From NCBI GenBank assembly GCA_963789955.1, contig CAWBMV010000001.1:512001-576000 (forward strand): a DNA stretch of 64,000 bases, written 5' to 3'. Source of the DNA: an uncultured Candidatus Rokubacteria bacterium. Its GTDB lineage: Bacteria > Methylomirabilota > Methylomirabilia > Rokubacteriales > CSP1-6. Made by a program: the position numbers and the translations under genes. The first letter of the stretch is position 1. Each line of letters starts with the position of its first letter. Positions 12,499 through 22,191 of this stretch are shown here, piece by piece. The notes below the pieces were generated by a model. It saw nothing but the letters and a program-made list of their open reading frames with translations, searched no databases and was not told the DNA's origin.

Positions 12499-13680
12499 AT
12501 GGCACTTGGACCTCGACGCACCTCCTACCAGCAGCTGGGCCTGGCGGTCCTGGGCCTCACGACCTTCGCGCTCGGCGTCCCCGTGGCCTGGGCGCAGATC
12601 GCCGTCTCAGCCAATGACAACAAAATCGTCAACGTCGACGGCACCAACCAGATCGTGGAAAATCCGCGGCCCGACACGGCGACCATCATCGACCTCGCGG
12701 TGTCGCCTCCCAGGATAGTGGGGCAGCTCAATGTCCCGAACTCGGTGGTGGGACCGCCCGAGAACGTCGCCATCGCACCGGACGAGAGCATTGCCCTGGT
12801 CGCCGCGTCCACCAAGATCGATCCGACCGATCCGAAGAAGACCACCTCCGACAACCGGCTCACCGTCATCGATCTGAAGGCCTCGCCGCCCGTCGTGATC
12901 GCCACCCTGGAAGTCGGCACTTCGCCCACAGGGGTATCGTTCAGCCCGGATGGCAAGCTAGCCCTGGTCGCCAATCGCGGCGAGGGCACCGTGTCGGTCC
13001 TGACCGTCGCCGGGAAGACCCTCACCGTGACAGGCAAGGTCATGCTTGGCGACGCGAAGTCCGGCCCCTGCCACGTGGCGTTCACCCCTGACGGCAAGCG
13101 CGCGCTGGTGACCCGCGACGGCGATCACCGTATCTCCGTGCTCAGCGTCGACGGCGTCAAGGTCGAGGACACCAAGGCGTATATGGTGGCCGGCATCCGC
13201 CCCTACAGCATCTCGATCAGCTCCAGGGGCGACGTGGCGGTTCTTACCAACCAGGGGGGCGGCCAGGGTGACAGCGACATAATCTCTGTCATCGATCTGA
13301 AGAAGAGCCCACCGCGCATCGTCGATTCCATCTCGGTTGGCCAGATCCCCGAGGCCGCTATGTTCTCGCCCGACGGCTCGCACGTAGCCGTCACCATCCA
13401 GAACGGGTCGCAGCGGCCAAAGACCCACCAGGCCTACAACGATGGCGGCCTCCTCATGGTCTACCGCGTCGACGGCACCAAGCTCACCCTCGCCGCGCAA
13501 GCCAAGGTCGGGGGTTGGACCCAGGGCGTGGTATGGAGCAAAGACGGCAAGACGCTCCTGTCGCAGGGCATGCTGACCAAGGCCATCGATATATTGAGCT
13601 TCGACGGCAAACAGCTCAGGATCACCGGCAGTATCAAGGTCGACGGCGGCCCCGCCGGCATCCGTACCGCCGAAAGGTAG
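12499..13680 (+). CDS. Secreted YncE/YVTN-type beta-propeller protein
   Basis: Signal peptide ending AWA-Q, repeated (S/A)(F/I)(S/T)PDG blades, RBS GGGAGG. Confidence 0.8.
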   Translation: MALGPRRTSYQQLGLAVLGLTTFALGVPVAWAQIAVSANDNKIVNVDGTNQIVENPRPDTATIIDLAVSPPRIVGQLNVPNSVVGPPENVAIAPDESIALVAASTKIDPTDPKKTTSDNRLTVIDLKASPPVVIATLEVGTSPTGVSFSPDGKLALVANRGEGTVSVLTVAGKTLTVTGKVMLGDAKSGPCHVAFTPDGKRALVTRDGDHRISVLSVDGVKVEDTKAYMVAGIRPYSISISSRGDVAVLTNQGGGQGDSDIISVIDLKKSPPRIVDSISVGQIPEAAMFSPDGSHVAVTIQNGSQRPKTHQAYNDGGLLMVYRVDGTKLTLAAQAKVGGWTQGVVWSKDGKTLLSQGMLTKAIDILSFDGKQLRITGSIKVDGGPAGIRTAER

Positions 13681-13981
13681 TGATCGTCCCAGGTGCCGGG
13701 CTCGTCAGTCTGGCGGAGGGCCGATGATAGTTGCGTCACGATGACCAGGCCGGCCGACGAGCACCGCCGTGTGAGGGTGATCAGGTCGGGTTCCCATGGC
13801 ACAAGAGGTGTGTCCAAGGTGTGCCCGCAGGATGCGATCAATGAAGTTGGCCTGTGTCCAAATTGTGTCCCCGTCGAGGGCATTCAAGAGCTCTTGAGAT
13901 CACTCAGGCGCAGCGAGGCCGAGACGAACATTGCTCATGAAGCTTGCACTTCCGCGCTGTTAGCGACGACGAGGGATAGAT

Positions 13982-14027
13982 CTGAAAATCGTGGTGTCGG
14001 CGGTTCAATCCCGTCCCTGCCCACCAG
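13982..14027 (+). repeat. att site: duplicated 3' half of tRNA-Phe
   Basis: 45/46 identical to 10998-11043, starting in the anticodon loop. The 5' half of the tRNA is absent. Confidence 0.92.
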
Positions 14028-14129
14028 TTTCTCAGCCACTTAGCCGGCTCGCTCTCCGCGCTGTCACCGAGTTGTCCCCGGAATTGTCACTGAGCGGACC
14101 GGAATCCGGCGTCGTTCCCAACAGTGTAG

Positions 14130-14202
14130 TGAGCTCGGTGTCCGCGTCGCGGAGATCGCTCTCGGCGACGATCGCGTAGCGCCGGTACATAGCCTCGGTC
14201 TT
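14130..14202 (-). pseudogene. Second tyrosine integrase C-terminal remnant
   Basis: KTEAMYRRYAIVAESDLRDA, nearly identical to the remnant at 11129-11194 and in the same position relative to its att. Confidence 0.8.
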
Positions 14203-14203
14203 G

Positions 14204-14440
14204 CGCCGCTGGCGCGAGCTCCTGGACAGCTACCTCGGCGTGGCCCGGCGGCATCTCGAGCGGTTCCGCGGGAAAGAAGTCGACGTGGCCGGCGACGGTC
14301 TCTTCGCCGTCTTCGACGGCCCGGTGCGGGCGATCCGTTGCGCCTGCGCCATCCGCGATGCAGTCCAGCCGCTCGGTCTCGAAGTACGAGCGGGCTTTCA
14401 CACCGGGGAGTGCCAGGTCGCGGGAACAAAGTTCAGCGGC
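14204..14440 (+). pseudogene. Class III adenylate/guanylate cyclase domain fragment
   Basis: RRWRELL..FRGKEVDVAGDGLFAVFDGPVRAIRCACAI..GLEVRAGFHTGEC, truncated at both ends. Confidence 0.75.
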
Positions 14441-14635
14441 GCCGACGGCCGAGTCAAGGCGCGGGTCGCGGTGGGGGAGGCGTGGGCGCGAGCCGCCTCC
14501 ACGACCTTGGAGCGCGGAGCCGTCGGCGACATCATGTCGAGCCGGCGACATGATGTCGCCAACGGAGGCGACGAGGCTGACTTCCGCGATCTCGTCTCTT
14601 CAACGTTGGCGCGCATTCCGGGGCCATTCCCGACT

Positions 14636-14650
14636 TGGCAGCGACCTTGC
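14636..14650 (+). promoter_or_regulatory. Putative sigma54 -24/-12 promoter
   Basis: TGGCAGCGACCTTGC (GG-N10-GC) 49 bp upstream of the ATG at 14700. Confidence 0.6.
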
Positions 14651-14699
14651 CCTCTTGCGGCGAACCGGAAGCCCACCAATTCCTAAAGGAGGCGAGGAA

Positions 14700-14963
14700 A
14701 TGAGGACGATCCTTCTCACTCTTGCGCTTGTCGCAATGGTCGCGACGCCGGTGGCCGCGGCCAGTGACGCCGAGCGGTGCGACATGGCCCAGCTGCAGAT
14801 CGACAGAGCGTACGGTAAGCGCTTCGACAAGCAGGCCGCCCAGGTCCGCACGCAGCAGGTCCAGGCGCAGAGGCTGCACAAGCAAGGCAAGCACTCCGAT
14901 GCGCTGAAGGTATACGAAGCGGCCGCCAAGACGGGCGGCGTCACACTGACGTACCCGAAGTAG
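14700..14963 (+). CDS. Small secreted hypothetical protein (87 aa)
   Basis: AAGGAGG RBS, signal peptide MRTILLTLALVAMVATPVAAA, and a GC hairpin at 14977-14999 downstream. Confidence 0.75.
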   Translation: MRTILLTLALVAMVATPVAAASDAERCDMAQLQIDRAYGKRFDKQAAQVRTQQVQAQRLHKQGKHSDALKVYEAAAKTGGVTLTYPK

Positions 14964-15055
14964 CTCCGTCGCGGGCCGGCTCCGGGGTCTCCGGAGCCGC
15001 GCCGTGCAAACCCTTACCCGTCCGGTTGCAGACGCGCGCGTGCTAGGCTTCTGCC

Positions 15056-15180
15056 GTGGTCAAGATCGTCCCGTCCGGAGAGTTCGTCCCGTTCGAGCGC
15101 CGCGCCATCGAGCAGAGTATCGGGCGTCGATTCGTTGAGCGGGCAAGCAGGGATCCTGAGCGTATCGCGGTCAAGGTATG
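15056..15180 (+). pseudogene. N-terminal fragment of an AMP-binding/NRPS-like protein
   Basis: FVPFERRAIEQSIGRRFVERASRDPERIAVK resembles the start of adenylation domains, and similarity ends abruptly. Confidence 0.4.
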
Positions 15181-15262
15181 GTCGGGCTGCCCCCGGGGGG
15201 GCGGCGGGTGGTGCCGAGAACGGCCGTTCCGTCAACCGGGCCTTTATGCGGCCCATGCTCTC

Positions 15263-15572
15263 TCACCACGTCAGCTCACGAAGTTCACCCGGCGCCATTG
15301 ATGAGGCCCCGCGGACGATTGCTTCCGTATGTTCGCGGAGCCGGCCATCTCGTCGTCGGGAGTACGAGGATCGAAAGCCTGCGTCCGGTCAGATTCTGCT
15401 GATGACGTAGGTTGCGATCTGTCGTGACGAGCACGTCGAAGTCGTCCTCTGCCGCTGCCAGCAGCTCCCCGTTGCTCAGCGCCGCCCACCCGAGCTCGTA
15501 CGCCGTCGAGACTTGATGGCCAACAAGAGTGTGTCGCAGTGGGGCCGGGGTTCCTTGATCGAGGAGTATCCG
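15263..15572 (-). pseudogene. PIN-like (DUF5615/VapC45-type) toxin; start codon lost; frameshift near 3' end
   Basis: RILLDQGTPAPLR..GHQVSTAYELGW..LSNGELL..FDVLVTTDRNLRHQQNL..ILVLPT, ending ELTW* in the shifted frame. No DUF433 antitoxin upstream. Confidence 0.75.
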
Positions 15573-16048
15573 TGACAGCGCGCTGGCATCCGGTGACGCC
15601 GGTAAACCCTCAGGCCGAGTGTTCAGTGTCGCTCACGAGATGGACACGCTGGTGAGGCGGCCGGATGACATTCGACGAGAGGGTCGATACATGTTGCGCC
15701 CGTGCGACTAGACTTGCGCGGTGACGGGCTTGCTAGTTCGAGCCGACGAGATCATGGACGACTGAAAACTAGGGCCGCGCCGTTGACAACCTATAGTCGT
15801 AAGTTCATCGTTATAGGACGCTGACCGGTACAGGCGTACCACACCAACCTCAGGCTCGCCCCCGAGGGCGCTCGCTGCAATGATGGAACAGTGATCCAGT
15901 CGCATTCTCGGAGTTGATGCCATAGGCGGCGAGTCTCAGAAATTTGCGGCTCTGGAAACCGGGTCAATCCGGCAAGATGTCTGATAGCGCGCCCGTCTGC
16001 TTCGGAGCGCGACTAGAGGACGCACTGCTTCGGGCTATGCTTCCGCCT

Positions 16049-16288
16049 CTATCGACGCACGACCAACCCCAACGCGGCGACTACAACACAAAAAATTACA
16101 AACAGCAAAAGCGCGATCTTGAACTCCAGGCTGCTCTTGATGTCCGGCCACACCGCTCGAGCGCGTTCTAACTCGACGAGGAGCCACCGCTTTGTTCGGA
16201 TGACTCTCGCCATCGATTTCCCTCTTGTGAATAGCCGGCGCCCGTTGTCAGCGACGACGAACCCAGCGAGGAGCGATCGCATGTTCAT
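16049..16288 (-). CDS. Small hypothetical membrane protein
   Basis: GAGGAG RBS, C-terminal TM helix, sigma54-like element TGGCATTTCGTCTGC at 16328-16342 (-). Confidence 0.5.
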   Translation of the reverse strand: MNMRSLLAGFVVADNGRRLFTRGKSMARVIRTKRWLLVELERARAVWPDIKSSLEFKIALLLFVIFCVVVAALGLVVRR

Positions 16289-16594
16289 GTGACGCTCCTC
16301 GAGGATTTCGTGCTGTCAGTTGTGACTGCAGACGAAATGCCAGCGTTGAAATATCCCGGAAGACCAAATACTTAAGCTTTCAAGGCCAAAGGCGGACCGT
16401 CAGGAGACGGACAGTCGGGTAAGTGTTACCGGGAAGGGATGCACTCGCCGGTGGGCGCCGGCGGCAAGAGGAGGAACCCCAGGCGTGCCATAGCTAATAC
16501 CGAGGCAGGGTTGGCCGCACTGTCTTAGGGTGATCAAACTCCCTGTTCTCAGCGCATACATCGACGCGAGTAGGCTCCTCTTGGCAGTTAACGA

Positions 16595-17497
16595 TCAATC
16601 CACTTGGACGTTCGTCGGAATGCTTGGCGCAGTGCCGACGCTGGGGCCACACCCGATCCGCTGCGTGCTCACGACGACGTCGTCCACATATTCGTGCTGG
16701 GTCGGCACGTTGATGCCGCTGCCGCTGAACGTGAGCTGCACCGCGCCGGTCTGGAGGTTGCTCGTGTCGCGGAAGCGGCGTCCCGTCACTTCCTTCGCGA
16801 GCACGCCGTTGATGTAGATCCGCTCGTACCCGTCATGCTGCCCCGGCGTGTTGGCCTGAAGCTCGTGCTCGACGCACACCCACTGGTTCAACGACATCTG
16901 GAGCGCCGACTGATTGAATTCGCCGAAGCCCGGCGCCATCTCCGGATGGTAGGTGTAGAGCGAATAGGTTTCATTAACCGGTGTGGTGAGGGTGACGAGC
17001 GCCGAGTAATAGAAGTCCGACCCGGAGGGCCTGACCCCCGCCTTCCCGAAGCCCGACCATGGGTTGAACGGCCCGCTCAGGCCGCTCTGGAGCCCGTACT
17101 GCGCGATCATCTTGCCGCAGGCGAGCGAGGCGGGCCAGCACTGCCAGGTGGCCTCGCGTTTCCAGAAGGCCCGCACGAAGAGGTGAGCGTAACCGGCCGT
17201 CGCCACCGTGGGCACGGCGCCTGTCGCGGTGAGCCACGTCGTGAGCCAGCCGCCATCGCCGCCCTGCGGCCACGTCACCTGGAGCGCATGGGTGCCCTGG
17301 TGCACTTGCGTCGTGACGATCTGGTGGAGTGCGGGACTGTACCCATCCGCCCAGCGGCCCGGCAGCGTCGTCTCAAAATCCTCGCAGAAGATCACAGCCG
17401 GACTGGAGCAAATCGGCTCCAGCGCCATAACTGGAGTGGCAATAGCCGCAGCCCCGAACAGAGAAATCATAATGAGCGCGCGTGCCATAACGCCCAT
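16595..17497 (-). CDS. Secreted concanavalin-fold / polysaccharide-lyase-like protein
   Basis: Signal peptide, IFCEDFE, WVCVEHELQANTPGQHDG..YINGVL, YVDDVVVSTQRIGC, AGGAGG RBS. Confidence 0.6.
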   Translation of the reverse strand: MGVMARALIMISLFGAAAIATPVMALEPICSSPAVIFCEDFETTLPGRWADGYSPALHQIVTTQVHQGTHALQVTWPQGGDGGWLTTWLTATGAVPTVATAGYAHLFVRAFWKREATWQCWPASLACGKMIAQYGLQSGLSGPFNPWSGFGKAGVRPSGSDFYYSALVTLTTPVNETYSLYTYHPEMAPGFGEFNQSALQMSLNQWVCVEHELQANTPGQHDGYERIYINGVLAKEVTGRRFRDTSNLQTGAVQLTFSGSGINVPTQHEYVDDVVVSTQRIGCGPSVGTAPSIPTNVQVD

Positions 17498-17996
17498 GTC
17501 AGTTTGGTCCTCCTGGTCGTCCTCGAATGCGCATATTGCCGACTAGAGTCCAATTCGCGAATGCAAAAGAGTGAAGCGAGCTCGTGCGAGTGCCCCGCGC
17601 TCGCCGCATCTGGAGCAAGTCATGGGCCATTCGATTGGCCAACAATCCTGGAGCGATGATTGAACCCCGCGTGCCGGCACCGATCCGAGAGTGCTTCGCA
17701 TCTCGCTGTTCGTCTGAGTCTTCTCATGTCGATCCGCCATCCCGCGCTCGCATCACGCCCCGCGCGGTGCGGGCTCCAGCTCCGGCGAACTACTGCCGCC
17801 CGGCGGGTTGGACGAGCTACGGGACGGGAGAGTGCGCCGTTGGGTGAGTAACCCTTCGAGCGCATGCACTCGATCATTGGCTTGGGTAGTGGAAGGATCG
17901 GACGATGTCAAGAGCCCGTTGACCAAACCTTTGCAGACAGGCTAATCTCGGCGCACCTTCTCGGCCCCTTCACCGACCTAGCCGTAGGAGCCCGTG

Positions 17997-19461
17997 ATGA
18001 AGTGCTTCCGATGCCAGCAGGAGAATCCCGTTGGCGCGCAGTTCTGCGGCCAATGTGGGGCGCAGCTCGAACTACTGTGCGTCGGCTGCCAAACACCCAA
18101 CCCTCCCGCAAATAGGTTCTGCCATAGGTGCGGTCAACCCTTGGCGACCGCCGCCCGGCCAGTTTCAGTTCCCACGGCAGTGATGCCGCACGAGGATCCG
18201 TCGGTCGCCCGTTACGACCACGGGACCGAGCGCCGTGGGCCCACTGTCCGGACGCGACTAGAACCGGGCGATCTGCGGGGCCAGGATCGAGAGCCGGCTG
18301 ATGTCGGATCTGCGGGATCCAGGGCGAAACCCAAGCGCCTGTGCATCGTTTCCACCGATCGGCTCGTGACCGGCGAGTTCCTCCGAGGCCCTCCAAGTAT
18401 CGCTGGACCCAGACGACGAGTTCGAGATCATCCCGGACCGCCGACGAGCCAACCCCTCGGAGATCAAACCCGGCGCAGCGGATCAGCCGTCCATCGATCG
18501 CCGCCGCCGCCCGTACGTCGACCTCGCGTTGAAGAACAAGGGCTACGCCATCGTGCCCGCCCCAGTCGCCTACCCGCTGAAGATCGCTGACCAGCTTGCA
18601 CCGGACGTCCCGACGCCGCCAATTGAGCGTCTCCCGCTCGGCGATTCCGACGAGGGCAATGACGAGCTTGAGCGCATCCTGCAGTTCAAGCGCCGGCAGG
18701 CGGTCGGCATCGGTTCGTGGTTGATCGCGACGCTGCTAGTGGGTGTAATCCTGGTTCTGCTTTCCCAGCTGCCGGCGGTGAAAACCTTTATGAGTCGACC
18801 CGGCGCCGGAGCGCTGTCGTCCTCGACCCCGCAAGCGCCTCTGGAGCACATTCCGACGATCGCCGAGAATCCCTCGCCGACCTCCCAGGCCCCTGCAGCA
18901 CTTCAAGCCGAGGGGCCGGAGAGGCTGAAGGCCGTGACGCCGGAGGTCGTGACGCCGGAGGTCGTGACGCCGCAGGTCGTGACGCCGGAGGCCGTGACGC
19001 CGGAGGCCGTGACGCCGCAGGCCGCCAGGCCGGAGACCGTGCGACCGCGCCAGAGCCGGGAAGCTGCGCGCCCGCGTGACGCGCGCACCCAGCCCAAACC
19101 CGCGCCCGAGCCACTCGTCACCATGCTACCGCCGGCCGCGGAGAGCCGCGATGTTGGTTCGCCGCGGCTTGCAGGCCTGCCGCGGGTGGACGTGGTCCGC
19201 AATCCTGCGGCGGCTTCGGAGGGGCGGGTCGAGGCTTACGTCGCGCGGATCTCGGACGCCGCTGGGCAGCCTCTCGCCGGAGCCGAGGTTTCTCTCGTCG
19301 GCAGCATGGAGGACGGCACCGTATTCGACGCCCCGCTGGAACCCGGTCCCGAGCCCGGCACCTACCGCGGAACGGGGCCGCCCGGGCGTTCGGCCCTTGT
19401 CGATTTGCGGATCCGTGTGCGCACGAGCGACAGACGAGTCGAGATCCCTTTGAGGCCGTAA
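17997..19461 (+). CDS. Double-zinc-ribbon membrane protein with Pro-rich linker and C-terminal YtkA/FixH-like domain; frameshift near 18385
   Basis: Four CxxC pairs (CFRC, CGQC, CVGC, CHRC), one TM helix (WLIATLLVGVILVLL), C-terminal DAAGQPLAGAEVSL..M..PGTYRG. Confidence 0.65.
18931..19020 (+). repeat. Coding tandem repeat, six 15-bp units (V/A)VTP(E/Q)
   Basis: G(T/C)CGTGACGCCG(G/C)AG x6, followed by degenerate units. Confidence 0.9.
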
Positions 19462-19662
19462 TGTCGTGCGGTTTCGAATCTGTGAGAATTTGTGGGACTC
19501 GCCGCGACGAGGAAAGGCGAGCCCGTCGCGATCCTCCCGATGCCGCTTCAGGTCGTGGTCCTCACCAATGAGGAGCGCGAATGGCGTGACGAGCTAGCCT
19601 GGGCTCTTTCGGAAGCCACCGGGTCTGCACTCACCATGAGTACCGATACGCGCAGAAGCTCG

Positions 19663-20478
19663 CTACCATCGGGGCTCTGGGGGCATCTCCGCTCTCGAGT
19701 TTAGACCGGGTTCGGGCCACTCCCTATAGCTTACTCGCCAACCTTCACCCTCGGCGGCAACCGCCCCGACATAATCCGGTCCGAGAGACAGTATCCGAAC
19801 CAAGCAGTCTCTACGCGGACCGCTGTCTCCCAACAACCTGACTCTCGCCACGAGTTCCTCGGGGGCAGACAGCACTTCGCAACGATTCAAGTCGACTGAC
19901 AAACCCGTCCCGATCGCCTTCAGATAGGCTTCCTTGCATGTCCACAAGGTGAAAAACGAGCGGTTGGCTTGATTCTCCGGCAACTGTTGCAAGCGTTCGA
20001 ATTCTTTTGGTGCGAAGAACCGCTCAGCCAGTTTCAGACTGTCCACGCTGTCGCGAATCCGTTCCAGATCAATCCCGACCTCGCGGTTGTGCGCAACCGC
20101 GATCAGAGCAAAGTCGTGTGAATGCGCGAGATTGAATCGCACTTTCTCAACCGCTCCACGTGGTCCGGCCAGAGACGGTTTCCCGTGCCGACCAGCGGTG
20201 AACGTCAAGGCCCCCGGCTGCTCGTTCACATACCGACCGATAATCGTTCTGAGCATGCCGTGAGCAGCGACAAAACGTACGCGCGCGTCCTCGAAGGCCA
20301 ACCGCTCAGCTCTAGCGCATTCTTCAGGGGAGAGGAAGGCTCTTAGTTGAGAAAGCCGTGACTCGGTCGGCCGGAGTGAGATATGCCACACGTGGATTTC
20401 GGATGCCTTCAGGTGAAAAGGTTCACCCGGAAGAGGTTGTGGAAAATTCCCGCGTCGGCCAGTTCGGCCGCTCACCAT
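19663..20478 (-). CDS. Sfp-type 4'-phosphopantetheinyl transferase
   Basis: EIHVW, LSPEE, GKPSL, FNLAHS, VGIDLE, WTCKEAYLKAIGTGL. Start codon uncertain. Confidence 0.92.
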   Translation of the reverse strand: MVSGRTGRRGNFPQPLPGEPFHLKASEIHVWHISLRPTESRLSQLRAFLSPEECARAERLAFEDARVRFVAAHGMLRTIIGRYVNEQPGALTFTAGRHGKPSLAGPRGAVEKVRFNLAHSHDFALIAVAHNREVGIDLERIRDSVDSLKLAERFFAPKEFERLQQLPENQANRSFFTLWTCKEAYLKAIGTGLSVDLNRCEVLSAPEELVARVRLLGDSGPRRDCLVRILSLGPDYVGAVAAEGEGWRVSYREWPEPGLNSRAEMPPEPRW

Positions 20479-20494
20479 ACGGGGCAATTGCAAA

Positions 20495-22174
20495 TCATGC
20501 CCGGACCGGCGCCTCTCGGAAGGACGATCCGTTCCACGAGCTGACGATCTTACCCTCATCTAATTTGATGATCCGATCGCCAAGGTGAAAATACCGATCG
20601 TCATGAGTGATGATCGCCACGCCCTTGCCTCGGGCCCGCAGTTCGGGAAGCAGTTCGGTGTAGAAAACCTCTTTGTACTGGGGATCCTGGTCCGCCGCCC
20701 ACTCATCGAACACGTAGAAAGGTCTATCTTCGAGGTAGGCCGTGAGCAAGGCCAGTCTCCTCCGTTGACCTTGGGAGAGATCGGTCGTCGAGAGACGCTG
20801 CTCGGTGACCTGCACCTTTTGATCAAGCGCAAGGTAACGCAAATACATCTGGGCTCTGACATCCAGGGTCTTCTTATCCAGACCCAAGAATCTCTCGAAA
20901 AGGTAGAAATCGGAGAAGACGACCGAGAAGTGTTGACGATACCAGTCTCGGTTCGAGTCCGCGATCGGCGTTTCGCCCAAGCGGATATCACCTCGTCGCT
21001 GACGATACAACCCCACCAGGAGTTTGACAAAGGTGGACTTGCCGCTCCCATTTCCGCCGACGATGAAGACCAACTCGCCTGGATCTAGCCGGAAGTCGAC
21101 AGGACCGAGCACAAACGGGTTGTCTCCTGGTCCATCGTCTTCATAAGTGAATACGACTCCGTTCAATTCAAGCCTTGCCGTCTGCAAGGTCTGTCGGTGG
21201 GACCTTGTGTCCGCCTCCTTGGCGTCCTCGCGCGACTCGAACCCGAGTCCCAGTTCCTCGATCTTTTCGAGCGCGACCTGGCCCCTGATCAGCGCAGGCA
21301 CCGTCCCAATCACTGCCCATAGTGGGCTCATCATGTAGAGGACGGTGAACACATACCCAGTCAGGGATTCGGCCGGGAGGGTGAAGAGACTGGGGAAGAC
21401 CAAGAGTATCGCGCCGATCAAACCATAGAACAGGAGTTGTGTCCAACCGTCGGCAATCATGTATTGCCTGGTGGCGACGAGATTGAGATGGCGCAGCGAC
21501 AGCGCGGTCTGCATCACGTCTTCCGAGAGGAACGCTTCACGGCGCCCACGGTGCATCATCAGTTCTTTGATGCCCTCGGTCAGACTTCTGAAATGACGGA
21601 ACAGGGAGGCGCGACTGTCCCGGGCGGCATAGATGACTCGAAAGGCTCGGTCGTGGAGGAGTTTGTACGTCAGGGCCCCAACGAGCATGAGAGCGACCAC
21701 GCCCAAGAAGATCGGCCAGGATAACCATGCGAGATATGCGGCCCCTCCGACCAACACGGCGCCGTTGATGGTGAGACCCGGTACACATTGCAGAGCCCAT
21801 GCGACCGCGCTGACATCGTCGGTCAGGACCGCCAGAACATGCGATGGACCCGTTTTCTCCAACGTGCGCAAAGAGGTCCTCGTCACCTGCGCACAGAGGT
21901 TCCGGCCCAGATCGAGAACGGCATCCTGCACGAGATACACCAAAGACAACTGCGACACACCGTGCGATGCGATCTTCGCGGCGGCCAGTACGGCGAACAG
22001 CAGGCCGAACGCACGAGGCACGCCACCGGTTTGATGGACGAGAACATTGATGATCGCCAGAAGGCCGGCGCTGCAGATCCCTGAGAGCAATCCAGTCGCG
22101 ACGAGAACCACAAGTGTACGTTTGGGCCCGCGCAGAAGGAAACGAGCAAGTCGAGACAGGTTCATGCTACTCAT
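20495..22174 (-). CDS. Cyclic-peptide export ABC transporter (SyrD/PvdE/YojI family)
   Basis: Fused TMD-NBD, EGIKEL, GGNGSGKST, FSVVFSDFYLF, LSQGQRRRLALL, FDEWAADQDP, THDDRYF. Confidence 0.93.
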   Translation of the reverse strand: MSSMNLSRLARFLLRGPKRTLVVLVATGLLSGICSAGLLAIINVLVHQTGGVPRAFGLLFAVLAAAKIASHGVSQLSLVYLVQDAVLDLGRNLCAQVTRTSLRTLEKTGPSHVLAVLTDDVSAVAWALQCVPGLTINGAVLVGGAAYLAWLSWPIFLGVVALMLVGALTYKLLHDRAFRVIYAARDSRASLFRHFRSLTEGIKELMMHRGRREAFLSEDVMQTALSLRHLNLVATRQYMIADGWTQLLFYGLIGAILLVFPSLFTLPAESLTGYVFTVLYMMSPLWAVIGTVPALIRGQVALEKIEELGLGFESREDAKEADTRSHRQTLQTARLELNGVVFTYEDDGPGDNPFVLGPVDFRLDPGELVFIVGGNGSGKSTFVKLLVGLYRQRRGDIRLGETPIADSNRDWYRQHFSVVFSDFYLFERFLGLDKKTLDVRAQMYLRYLALDQKVQVTEQRLSTTDLSQGQRRRLALLTAYLEDRPFYVFDEWAADQDPQYKEVFYTELLPELRARGKGVAIITHDDRYFHLGDRIIKLDEGKIVSSWNGSSFREAPVRA

Positions 22175-22191
22175 GCCCGAGGCAGGGCCGC

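Larger units (their letters stand above)
11043..14027. mobile_element. Degenerate ~3-kb integrative element in tRNA-Phe, bounded by att direct repeats
   Basis: The tRNA 3' half (10998-11043) is repeated at 13982-14027, and an integrase C-terminal remnant lies next to the tRNA. Confidence 0.8.

Noticed and set aside
13982..14026. Second tRNA-Phe gene
   Set aside because: Only the anticodon loop to CCA is present. The acceptor 5' strand and D-arm are missing, so it is an att repeat.
15950..15975. WKPGQSG (DUF5681-like) phage-associated motif
   Set aside because: Only about 7 codons match, too short to support a feature.
18931..19020. CRISPR-like or regulatory repeat array
   Set aside because: Units are contiguous 15-mers without spacers, in frame within a Pro-rich linker, and no cas genes are present.
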